64,000 nt of DNA from Takakia lepidozioides (lineage: Eukaryota > Plantae > Bryophyta), in assembly GCA_030704615.1 (NCBI GenBank), contig CM060732.1, positions 82,894,001 to 82,958,000 on the forward strand. Direction: 5' to 3'. The notes beneath the pieces were generated by a model that was not told the origin of the DNA, searched no databases, and saw only the letters and a list, made by a program, of their open reading frames with translations. This document shows, piece by piece, positions 53,012 through 64,000 of this stretch (its first letter is position 1; every line of letters starts with the position of its first letter). A program made the translations under genes and the position numbers.

Positions 53012-54310
53012 CCACTCATTGTGCGGTAAACCCTTAGCAGAGGAGTAGAAAGCAAATCACCGTTGTGATGGTCGGTAGCGACAATCCCTGTCTGGGACAT
53101 TCCACTCAATCTCTACGCATATTTTCAACAATGAAATGTAAGTTAGAGAAAACTTACTGGCGCCTTCTTAGGTTTTGAAATTGGATCCCCTTCTGCAGCT
53201 TTCCTCTTCCCTCTCACATCTGCTGGAATTTTTGTTTGCTTTAGGGTTTCTGGACCTTCTCCCGGTTCGGCGTTCCTCGTGCTTCCACCTCCTTCAGTGT
53301 CCCTGCAAGTCATCTCTGCATCCATAGGCTGGCGCACTCTTATCGCCGACTGTGTCACAGCCGCTGCCTCAGTCTCCGTCTGCTCTTGTGAATCAGTCTC
53401 CGCGTTCACCTGCTGCCTTGGCCCTGTGTTCTCCAACAAACGACGCCTCGTCATTTGCTCTCTTGCTCTGCGTCTCTCTCTAAGGGAAGCAAAATAAAGA
53501 GACTTTCTTCTCTTTCGTATTGTAGAAAGAACCCTCTCCAGCTTGACTACCACTCTCTCTCTAAGTGCGAAAATTAGAAAAACGCAGTGACTCCCGATTT
53601 CTTGCGGGATTGCCTGCGTTGTTGCTTGTCTCTAGAAGCATCGGATTCCCTCTCGCGTGACCGTTACACATAGTCGTTCCTTTATTAGTGCACATGCCAG
53701 CAATTGGTGTACAGCTGTTCGTATTCAGTTATGGATGTCTGACGTGTGTCGCCCAAAATAAACGGCGTGTTCTTTATTAGAACGGTTTCAATATTTAAAA
53801 ATAACAGCGAATCCCAGAAATCTTGGCGCACAGTCTTACACAAATAAATGTAAATGAACGAGAGTTTGATGACAAATTTTGGAATATCATACACGGTCAT
53901 CCTTGTTAGCCAAACCCCTCATTCGTTTCACATTTGGAACTTTCCAGGTGCGCATGATCATTGGTAGTAGTATAATGATACATTTACTTAATCTGCAATC
54001 CCATCCTCAGATCATGTGGCATGCTTCCAGGAAGTCGGCTTTGTTATTGGGTTTATTGATGAGATTCTGATTAACGGTTTAACAGCTGCCGACACTGCTC
54101 CCAGGGATACTCTGACCACTGGGCCCACAAGAAAAGTAATTAAAATGGACGGCTGCATATCTGGAAAGAATAACATAATATGCACAGTCGTTGTCTGAGC
54201 TTCCTCCGCCATATTCTCTGCTCATTCTTCAACTGTGTTCTGGAGACATCAGTAAACCGATTTACACTAGATCTGCGATAACAAGGTATAAACGTACGCG
54301 AGGAAGGAAG

Positions 54311-57300
54311 ATGGCTTCCTCTGAAGCGGAGTTCTTCTCTGACAACAAACCAGTGACGTTCTCCCAGGAAGTCCTTGACAATGGATTTGCAATTGTTCTG
54401 GAACATGTCTTGGCTACCCGTTTTCAGCTGCAGAATGGCTCCATCTTTTTGGAGAAAGAGGTGTACGATCTTAAAGGGAAGTTGTTGAAATACTCTTTCC
54501 AAAACCGTGATGAGACGGCTCATATCAGCCAGTGGAGAGTGCATCCCGGTCGATACAGAGTACTTGGAGAGCCTTGGCGAAAGTCCCTTGGGTCATATGT
54601 GACGCCTGGGACTGCTGCTTCGGTCGTTGAAGACAAGAGGGAGGTGGTGGTGAAAAAAGAACAGACGTCCTCCACTCCAATCGTTGAGCTTTCGGATTCG
54701 TCCGATGATGACATAAGTGAAATTCCAAATCCAGTCCTTCCTACTGTGGTTGGAGAAGCTGATGAAGAAGAGATTTGTAGTGTCATTCCAAAATTGCGGG
54801 CGATGGGAGGAATGGTTGGATTCAAAAGTGAGTTGCGGGGAATTGATTGGGAATCTTTGAAGCAAGTGCCTGTGAAGTTCTTGCCGGAGACTTTTGATGG
54901 CGATATCCTATTCGAGCTGCCTCCTCCTCCGCGAGTTGGAGGTGTAACAATCATGATGCATGGAATGGACAAGAAACACGACGGGCACCCGTGGTGCAGA
55001 ACAAAAACATCCAATATTCAGAATGATGACAAGCTTGTTTTCAGGAGGACAGTTTGCAATGGACACCTTAGGTGTGATAATTTGAATTGCAGACACTTTC
55101 TTCAGTCTGGGGTTCATAATCAAAGCGAATGGGAGGGTCTGGCAGAAAATCCATTTCAGCCTGGGACTGCCCCTCCACCGGCAAACACTTTCGTCTGCAA
55201 ATTCTGCAAACTTGTGCCATCCTGCTTGGCGCTCTGCGGAGCAAGAATGTACTATGTTGTCCACCGTTTGAAAACAATGACAAGAGCTTGTGTGCATTTC
55301 GGATTCCATAACCATCCTGTCTCGAAGGGGGATTACAGGGAGAGTGTTGAGACAATATCGAGGTTGATTAAACAGAGTTCGGGAGAAACCCATCCGCAAC
55401 AACATCTGCAATTGCTCTTGGCGCAAGCAAGTCTTTCTTGGAAAGCCATATTTTGAGTGAAAGGGATTCTGTGGGGACTAAACTTGACGATGCAACATTG
55501 GACCTGGTCATGGATAATTTCTCCACTTTAAGTCCACCTAACATTCGGCATCAGATCAATGCATTGAGAATGGGCTCTGGGATCAGAGGCTACATAGACA
55601 ACATTTTGGAATTGAAACGAGTGAGCAAGTACGATTACATCCAGGACAATGTATTCCCAGGTCAAGGTGCCATCAAAGTTTTTCTTTTCAAAATGTCGAC
55701 TGTTGGGGAGGGCAGTGGGGTTAGCCTCGTGAAGCGGATGCAGAAGACTGGGGACTTGCAGAACTGTTTTCTTATGTTTGATCATGTGAAACGAGTGAAA
55801 GATTGGACGACAATGGCTTGTCATGTCTACGATCCAGTGTACCAACGAGTTATGACAATTGCAGTTTGTGACATGCAATCCGAGGATACGGAATCCCAGA
55901 AGCTCATGTGGAATTCCCTGATACGTGTCATGGGCTGCCATGGGTTGCCATCTCCAAATTTCGCAGGTTTCATGGCGGATAGTACTCAAGCAAATTTCAA
56001 TGCTGTTCGTATTGTCTTCGGATCGGGCGACCCAAAAGTGCCTATGCCAGGAAGAGAGCGTACATGTCTATTCCATTGGACACAATCTCTAGAAAAATAC
56101 AAAGTCGGACATCAAACCAGAGATGCAAACTCAGCACCGTAAATTGTGCAAATAGTACAAAGATGCTAGAACAATGAAGGAGACGGACACTTTGTTCCAG
56201 ACAATTCGTGCCTGGTGGTTCTCTTCTGGAGCTGCATCACTTGAGAGTATGAGAGCATTGGAAGATTGGCTGGCGTTTTGGCACTTCCGGTATAGACAGT
56301 GGGGAGCAGCCATGCCATTGGTATGAGGCTTATATTTATTGCTTTATTCATACATTTGCTTTCCATTTTATTGTGTCCTCGCTTTCTTTATGTTGTTTTC
56401 TGTTCACTGTTTTGAAGTGTGGTTCTGCACTTTGCAGAACATGTCCATTGAGGAAATGACGGACATGCCATCTTGCAATTTGGCAGAAACTGTGCACAAC
56501 GCATGGTTGCAGCAGTCTGGGAAACGAGGTCGGGATTTGTATGTAGCAACAACAGATGATTTGATACGTGCCTTGCAACAACTAACCCGATACCGTGATT
56601 TCTTACGAGGTGGGGTTGGTGGCAAGGGTCCGGACAAATGGGAGTTGATGTTACGTGCTACAAACAGATCTGGGGATCCAATCAAGATAGCACGGGCGGT
56701 GAGCATGTATGCCCAGGGAACGCCACTTGTTTCTAGAGTTCCACATCTTGAAGGGGAGGAGAGATTCGGCTCCTGTAAGAGGAAATTGAACACTCCACCT
56801 GGTTCGGATTCAGATTCCCACAGGGCAGACCGTGATAACTTCTCGAAGCCTCGTGTTCCCCTGCATGACAGCTCCATGTCCAGAACCTCCATTGTGGAGG
56901 AACCTCCAACACGACGGCAAGCTCTAGCATCAAACAGTGCCACTGAAATGGTGCAGGAGAGAAACAACCCCCTTGATGTGCTTGAGTCCGCATGCCCCGA
57001 CCACGTTTGGCACATAGAACGCACAAGTGTAGGGTCTCGTGTGAAATGTACATCGATCAGGGCAACTAATTTCGAGAAGTGCACTTCATCTATATCCAGA
57101 GGTGGTGCCCGAACTCCTGCTCCGACTTTCACGGGCTTGATGCGTCCATACGGTCAACCAGAAGCCAAGAACCATAAGTTCTGGTTTTGCGCAGATGATT
57201 GTGCCAGATGTGTGCATGGAACTGTGCGTCCTTCCGTAGTGATGAAGCCATCTCCTCCAACCGTTTGGCCCGTGAAGGTGGGAACACATCTGAGCTTTCA

Positions 57301-57823
57301 GGAGATTGAAATGCTGGAGGAGGCAGGTTTTTCCCTTGCGAGACAACCCCAACTCCATGCATGTGCTACTACTTCTGCGTCCTCCCGGGTCCCCCCGGCA
57401 AATCCTGACTTGTGGCCAACCAAACGAGATGGAAAGCTTGTTCGGCGTTTCCCTCCAACCGCTGAACACTTTGGCAAAGTGGAGTCCGCAAGAATGCTCC
57501 AAGCTCGTGTTGGAAGCACCACGAAAGTACCCGATCCAGGATATGGTCGGGTATTCACAATCATCACTTCCACATCTGCTGTTCATGATAGGACCTACGA
57601 CATCACGGTTTCCAATTTCCCCAATTGCACATGTCCTGATTTTGTGAATATGCTATCAACCAGTTTGGGCAAGAGAGGTAAATTCATACCCTGCAAACAT
57701 TTGTATTTCATATTTTTGAAGAGGATGGTTTGCGATCCCAAACGTGACAACTTCATTCACCAGGTCACTATGAGTTTCAACGAGGTCGATACTCTTTTGC
57801 AGCGGGATACAACACATGGGTAG
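54311..57823 (+). pseudogene. MULE-family DDE transposase with GCM-like zinc DNA-binding domain and SWIM finger
   Basis: GCM-like DGHPW..TSN..RRTVCNGHLRC..C..CKFC..C.A..HFGFHNHP; catalytic-like MFDHVK, FMADS, CLFHW and CNLAETVHN; SWIM PNCTCPDF..IPCKHLYFI. Intron about 56321-56437; frameshifts near 55380 and 56100; stop near 56153. Confidence 0.85.
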
Positions 57824-59936
57824 CATCAACTATGCAATGTGGTATGTGGACGACCATGATTTGAAATGTGTAATTCACATCAATTCGTCGGCGGTGCAAT
57901 GATATGGCCTCCAACTATACGGAGTGAGCTCTGAGTGACAACTTTTAGGTAGTGCACATTTGTCATTGCACCGTTCGAAGTCTACATATCTTGCTGTCGC
58001 TATGCACTACAATCATCTTTTGAAGATGATCCTAACTCTCATTGTTATTTGAGGAGGGAGGAAGGTCTTCCCGTGGCAGCCTTTATGGCGCACACTTTGT
58101 GAGGATATTTTTTCGTCCTCGTAATTGTAAAAGTGAAACAAGCATTTGTAATTGCACAATGTTGGATGCTGCAATTGTAGGCCACAACGCTCGTCTTCAT
58201 TATATTTAGGCAAGATTCCCTGCATTAATTCCACGGTCATAGGACCATCCTCGGTTATAGGCGGCGCATGTTAATGCTGACGTGGCAGATGACGGACAGT
58301 GCCACGTCATCATTTACCGCCACATCAGTATGTTGACATGACGCTCACGCCACGTCAGCGTGTGTGCAGGTCCACGCCACGTCAGCTGGCGTGAGCGTAC
58401 GCTCACGCGCTCATGCCATTGCGTCGTTGACGCACAAGTTAGATTCACAACTTGAAAGTCCTTTGGAAATTGCTTCCAATAACGTTGTATCTTATGCAAA
58501 ATTTTCATCATTAGAAATTACAAGAGTTGAGCAACTTGTTGTTATTCAAAAAAGAGCGTTTGCGGAAAAATGTTATGGAGTTAATATCTCAAAAAAACAA
58601 ATATGTAGAGAAGGTGAGGTGAACAACTAATTGAAATGGCTCTCCGAGGCTTGTGATGAACAACAAGAAGTACAAACCAATGGATGGTCATTTTCTGATG
58701 AACTGCCTCCAACTCTGTATGAAGCAACTTCACTTCCTGCAATTTGCCCTCATGCTGGTATAGCTGTTGCTTGTGTATTTCATGCAACTTCTCCTGCTCC
58801 AGACCTGCTTCAATCAGGTTTTCCTTCGCAAGATGTAGAGCAGATTGAGTGTCCTCCAACTCTGAGGTGGCCAGGCACGAGGTGTAGGCCAAGGGCAAGC
58901 TCAACATGGCCAAGGACGCGGAGGTCAGGGTGTTTGCAACATAGTAGATTACGTTGTGGAGAGTTGAATTAGAAGCAACTAGACAGTACCATTGATTGCA
59001 TATATAAGATGCCGCAACTGCATAAATGAGGATGTAGAATGTCTACAAATATAGATGATTTGCATTGAGGCTTCAATAAAAGGGGCGGAGGAAGCAATAG
59101 TTGAGTTGGAGAAGAGGTTGCAGATTTGTTAGGGTAACAAGTTGAACATGCAAAAGATGACAAAAGATGGTAATGAGACTTGACAATGTACATGAGTACC
59201 TATGATCGCCTCCAACATGAATTGACTATTATCAACACCAAGATAAAAGAGGTTGAGTTATGAATATAAGACGTGAGCCTTGGAAACGCAGGTAAACCGA
59301 ATGCAAGTCATGATGTTTGCACTTGGCAACAACCAATACTAGCCAATCCTCTTGAACCATATTGATCAAGACATGCTCTGCATATAACGAATGATGTAGC
59401 TGCAAGAATTTTCTGGTTGCAAATTGTGGTCATAGCTTGTACCATCATTTTTGCATGTCAATGCATATTTGAGAATCTGTTGTCTACAAAGCTAAATATT
59501 GTGGGAAAGCTTTTGCCCCTGATTCGTGGTTATCATGAAATGACATAAGAGCGACTTATATGAGCGGTGAATTTTACATTGTGATGCAAACGAGGTTGAC
59601 ATGGATAAGAGTACTATACAAATGGGGATAACACTAGGAGGATTATAGAATCCAAAGTGACATAGAAGAAAATAGGACACAATAGGGAGTGAGACAATTG
59701 ATGCGGGACATGGATCGAGACCATATTGTTGGGACGAGGGCGTAAGTTGCATAGTTGCACAAATGGACGTGACGTGGCACTGACACGCCACGGTCACGTC
59801 GGAAGTCACGTCCAGATGGGCGTCGCGTCAAACCCAAAAATGACATTATCTCTCGTCTGGGTTGACGGAACTGGTCTAGAAACGGACAGATAGACAGAAC
59901 GGAGGAAAGAAAGATAACATCCACAAGAGACATCAA

Positions 59937-60107
59937 GGGGAATGGCCTCAACTCACAAGAACGAGACATGGACTCTTGAAAATCTGCCTTCCGGTAGACA
60001 ACCCATTACCATCAAATGGATCTATAAAGTAAAAAAACACACGCTGATGGAACCACTGCCAAATTGAAGGCGCGTTTGGTGACTCGTGGTTTCCAGCAGT
60101 GAGCAGG

Positions 60108-60110
<3 letters not shown>
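59937..60110 (+). pseudogene. Copia reverse transcriptase (RVT_2) fragment
   Basis: EMASTHKNETWTLENLPSGRQPITIKWIYKVK..DGTTAKLKARLVTRGFQQ. Confidence 0.85.
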
Positions 60111-60176
<66 letters not shown>

Positions 60177-60684
60177 TCATTGGACGTTGTTTGTCGTAGT
60201 CTTGTGGCCATTGACCCCGTGCCCAGATTGAGCGGAACACAAAGGGACAGAACCTACCTTTGTCAAGGGCTGACTAGTATGACTTACCTTGGAATAAACA
60301 ATTGATCCATCCGGGTTTTCCGGATATCATCTAGAAATCCCTTTAAACAAGCATCAATCTGTTGTGTGTGGGTTTGCCCAATAACTAGGTCCCAAAAGGG
60401 CATGGGCTTTATGTGCATCCCACTTATAGTTGGAGGAAAACTCAACTCCGAGGTATGTGTAGGAAGGGAGGACCAAAATCTCTTGACTTCCCCACCTGAG
60501 ATCACCTCTTCCCTCTCCTCGGTTGTTGATTGCCAATACCGCACATTTACTGTCTAGCCCCCAAAGATCAAAGTATCTCTTCGCGCAATCAATCAACTCC
60601 TGGAGATTGGAAGGAGTCTCCTCCATACCTTCGAAGTCATCCGCAAACATAAGGGCTGGTATGATGGCATCACCCACCCTTAAC

Positions 60685-60749
<65 letters not shown>

Positions 60750-61214
60750 TGTGTGTGTGCGTGCATGCTTGTGTGTGTACTCATAAGACTTTGTTTGCTG
60801 CAGCCTTATGGCCATAGACCCCTTTGTGAGGGGCTCTCCAGTAGTGGGACTTACCTTGAAGTAAACAAAGCCGTCAGGCTTTCCAGGTATCCTCTAGAAA
60901 ACCCTTCACACAAGCATCAATCTGCTGTGTGTGGGCCCAGAAGTCAAGAGCCCAACAGGCCAGGGCTTTAGGCTCAGCCTCAAGATTTGAGAAGTTGGTG
61001 AACAGAGGTGCAGTAACCATGTGAAGAGGGTCACTCTCAGGTGAGAATAGCCCGGACAATGTATTAGAAAATGGAGATTGTCTTCAGGTGGCCCGGACAT
61101 CTGGCAATTAGTATCTCCTTTTCCTCTCTGCATCTGTTTATTGTTCCAAGGTAGGCTCTCTGCCTTGACTTTAAACTTCAGTCTAGTGCCGAGGGTAGCC
61201 AGGCCCGTCAGATC

Positions 61215-61249
<35 letters not shown>
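60111..61249 (-). mobile_element. Two truncated related non-LTR retrotransposon pieces, each bracketed by (GA)n tracts
   Basis: (GA)n at about 60111-60171, 60687-60747 and 61218-61249. Unit 1 has ALMFADDF..LQELID..YTYLGVEF; unit 2 has CQMSGPPEDNLHFLIHCPGY. Both share the 3' segment TQQIDAC.KGFL.D and ggcca(t/ta)gacccc..gacttacctt. Confidence 0.8.
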
Positions 61250-61253
<4 letters not shown>

Positions 61254-61663
61254 AGTGGATATAGGTAAATGGTGAAGGTAGAGTAATTATCAATACTCAC
61301 TCAACATCCCTACAAACTTGGCCTATGCCTTGGTGTCTTCACAATAAGCTATGGCGAGCTCTTGAAAGCATGGTCAAATGATGAGCCAACCCGTCTGCCC
61401 TCCTCCTAAACCATAATCGGCCTTCATTCTGCTTCCTTGTAACTGTCCCCCCTTACAAGAATATTTCAGCCCTAATTTCCACACTCCTAGAAATTAGACC
61501 AAACCTGATAAATTACAGGTGGAAGGAAGATGGAGAAAAGATGCTACAAAAATTTAGCACCAAAATATAAGAGCCAACTGGAAGTGGGGGACCGGCAGAG
61601 ACATCCTACAATTTCTGTGGATAAATTTGTTGGAAGCTGAAGGTTTAATTGAAAGTTGCCCTC

Positions 61664-64000
61664 CTACTTGAGCCTGCATTTCTCATAGAAGAGAAGATAG
61701 GCTTCACATTGCAATACGGATTCCAAAGATGTTTGCCGGACATGTGAATCGCTGATGTAATACCAGGTAGGCGCTCCTGGACCAGCATCCTCTTCATCAT
61801 TAGCCACTGGACCCCTCACATACGCCACATAATGACCTCCTCGCATCGTCCCCGAGTGCTCTACAGTCCCAATTAAACGATACTTGCAATTTTCTTGAAC
61901 ACAGTTCCTGCATCCATCCACCAAATGGCAACTAGTCAACAGTTTAGTTGGAAAATATAATTCAAAATTAAGCGATCCCAAATCCCCACACAACCAAACA
62001 GTCCACCTCTATGAGAAAGCAAATAAGCTACCTTTCGACAAAAAGAGGCTCCAAAACAATGGAGAAGTCTAGCCGTCATCCACTGACAGTTTGGGTGACT
62101 TGGACAAGACCACGAGTTTCCAAACCACTTCATAAGTAGACTGCACGGGACCTCCGGAAGGAACAGGGGGCAAAAGGACAAAACTGACCCTGACTTCACC
62201 TAGGTGCAAATCAGAATGTTTGTGCACATGATATGGTGGGTGACCAACCACAATTTTACTAACCCCTTTTCAGCAGAGCGGAGACTCTAATTTGCGGGTC
62301 ACTCATGCACCCTGATTGAACAAAGATCATAAGGCTGTAGATGAGCCAACCAAAGAACAAGGGATTGTTGGGAACATAGGATGCAGGAATTCTGAGTTTT
62401 GTTTTCAATTGTCCATAATTGAGTCAATGTATAGAGCTGCAGAGACATGGCACAATCAATAATAGTTTGAAGTAAGGTAAAAATGTGGCTTACAGTACAA
62501 ACCTCTGATCCATAAATGGGCTCAGGTCCAGCCACTCCTGGAATGCTACATGGCCGCTCAGCTTGCTCAACCGCCCACGCATGTCCTGTGCAAACCTCTT
62601 CAAATGCACAGTCAGTATTGGTGGCGCTTTACTAATGAGAAACCTCTTTGTGGCATCCCGTTTCACCGTGACTTTTGAGGGTTCCTCACCCCCTTTCCGG
62701 CTTCGGGATCTCTCTGCCTTCTGAGATTTTGAGCGCGCACCATTTGCGGTGGTGAAATCTCCTGAAAGAAAGGGCACCCCCCCTCTTGGATGCAGATTCG
62801 TTCTCTCCAATTGGTCCACATTGTTTGGTATACTGGGAACCACTGCATCTGTGTCTGACTTCAGAGTGTTTTCCAGCCTAATACCATTTGAAATTGACTC
62901 AACAGTGGGAGCTGTAAGAGTGGGAACCATGGCCAGAGAAGTTGCTTTCTCTGAATGCTTCTCCCGTTCAGTTAACTCTGATGAATTTCTCACTGCTCGC
63001 CCAACCTGTGTAGGCATGCCATTGTTTTCATCTTTCAGCAACAGCTCCCTTTTGCTGGCTCTCTCCTGCCGATATCCTAGAACTAGCCCAATCGCATCAT
63101 CAGCAGCCTTTTTCACTTTTGATTTTTCGTCATCCGGTTGGACTAAGCAACAACCCTCTCTCGCATCTTCAGCAGATGCATTTTCTGAGGTCAACGGAAC
63201 CTCCACCAGTTCCCAAGAATCATGCACCTGCTCACCCGCTCCACCATTTCTAGAACCAATCCCATCTCCCCTGTTTTTCACTCCTGTTGCCTCTGCCTCA
63301 CAATCAGGGAGGATTTCTTCTGCTGGAGGTTGACAGCCAGTTGTTTGTCCACTGTCAATGAGTGATGTGGCCGAACTATTCCTGACTGTAACCCCATCTG
63401 CTAAGTCCTCCCAATCATTTGTGACAGCTTTGCACAAGGCATTCTCCTTACGTCCATTTCCCTTCGACTTGCTAGACCCAGCCTTTGCATCCCCCCGTGG
63501 CTTCCCATCCTTCCCTCCAGCACTGACTGTTGCCTGACTAGGAGTTGAGCAACTTGCTATCTCTCCTTTGGAAGACTTTCTTCTTGAGCATTCATTGGCT
63601 TTCCCATCTGAAATATCTTCACCCAGATTCCGAGTTGACAAATTCATCCCGCTTCCAAATGCTTTTTCCAGTCCTATCGCACTATTACAAGGCCACATGC
63701 CACCACTGATCTCTGGCAACTTCTCCATTACAATTTGCATATCACCCTTATGATGATCAAGTACTTCTGATGTCACAATCAGATCAGCCCCACCGCTCTC
63801 ATCAGCAAGGCTTTTATTTGTAGGTTGATGTTGTGCATTTAACACAGATTCTTGACTTGTAGAATCCACACCCAGGAGAAGGAGGTCTGCTTGATTTGAA
63901 CCTGCCATCTTATCTTGCAACTGACGAGAGCATTTCTCACATTCCCAACCATTGTCCCCTGACAGAAGCTCTGCTCCTGTGAAGTCTAACAGACATCCCT
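61664..64000 (-). CDS. Ubiquitin-specific protease (UBP1/UBP2, USP16/45-like), 3' part
   Basis: Exon from beyond 64000 to 62503 ([45 protein letters not shown]) splices to exon 61907-61664 ([42 protein letters not shown]). Confidence 0.92.

Larger units (their letters stand above)
47502..53454 (-). pseudogene. Multi-exon gene: ParB/Srx-like N-terminal domain plus beta-class N6A/N4C DNA-methyltransferase-like domain
   Basis: Exons at about 53454-53158, 52430-51782, 51687-51495, 51413-50660 (probably two), 49680-49041, 48927-48612, 48407-48122, 48025-47836 and 47760-47502. ParB-like: LDIPLCRMISMPVVRP..DITKLESDF..GY..FYVWDDNHR. MTase-like motifs in beta order: CIILDIPDG, FLSDAGTLLLF, RFEVLRT*NC, FEAICLRR, P*RGAKEKSPAFMQILLESCS, RVVDLSVSTG|ATYHACKAGGRSLFGMEGD. 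Several premature stops and frameshifts. Confidence 0.75.
46819..58426. mobile_element. MULE-like element without true TIRs, two divergent genes
   Basis: Direct repeat TTGACGCACAAGT at 46806-46818 and 58427-58439. Subterminal inverted hairpin motif tgagcgcgtgagcg..cgctcacgcca at about 46848-46878 and 58387-58413. Contains a MULE DDE transposase. Confidence 0.8.

Noticed and set aside
47502-53454. Bacterial contamination explaining the ParB-MTase
   Set aside because: The gene has multiple GT-AG introns, including one within motif I, and sits in continuous plant TE and gene context.
54520-57586. Long minus-strand ORFs opposite the transposase (likewise 62749-63333 opposite UBP)
   Set aside because: Antisense shadows of real coding sequence, with no motifs of their own.
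59948-60815. ORFs with SLSLSL or RERERE runs
   Set aside because: These are translations of (GA)n microsatellites; only the RT-like part is meaningful.

Overview
Land-plant nuclear DNA with GT-AG introns; a non-seed plant such as a bryophyte is my inference, not shown. Three host genes frame a ~52-kb transposon island: the 3' part of a SERK-like LRR-II receptor kinase (+), a TOG/ARM microtubule protein (-) and the 3' part of a UBP1/2-type deubiquitinase (-). The island holds one L1-like LINE (-) cut by four insertions: a mitochondrial fragment with truncated trnI(CAU), a Copia LTR-PBS-gag piece, a 4.8-kb Pack-CACTA and a 12.5-kb CACTA whose accessory gene contains an FCP1/NIF-type phosphatase domain. 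It also holds Gypsy/Copia scraps and LINE ends sitting in (GA)n tracts. The most notable item is an ~11.6-kb MULE-like element (46819-58426) bounded by a 13-bp direct repeat and lacking true TIRs. It pairs a GCM-like/MULE-DDE/SWIM transposase (+) head-to-head with a spliced gene (-) encoding a ParB/Srx-like domain and a bacterial-type beta-class N6A/N4C DNA-methyltransferase fold. Two introns of that gene carry arrays of a 24-bp palindrome. This copy is decayed (stops, frameshifts). All domain calls are by-eye motif recognition; no searches were run.
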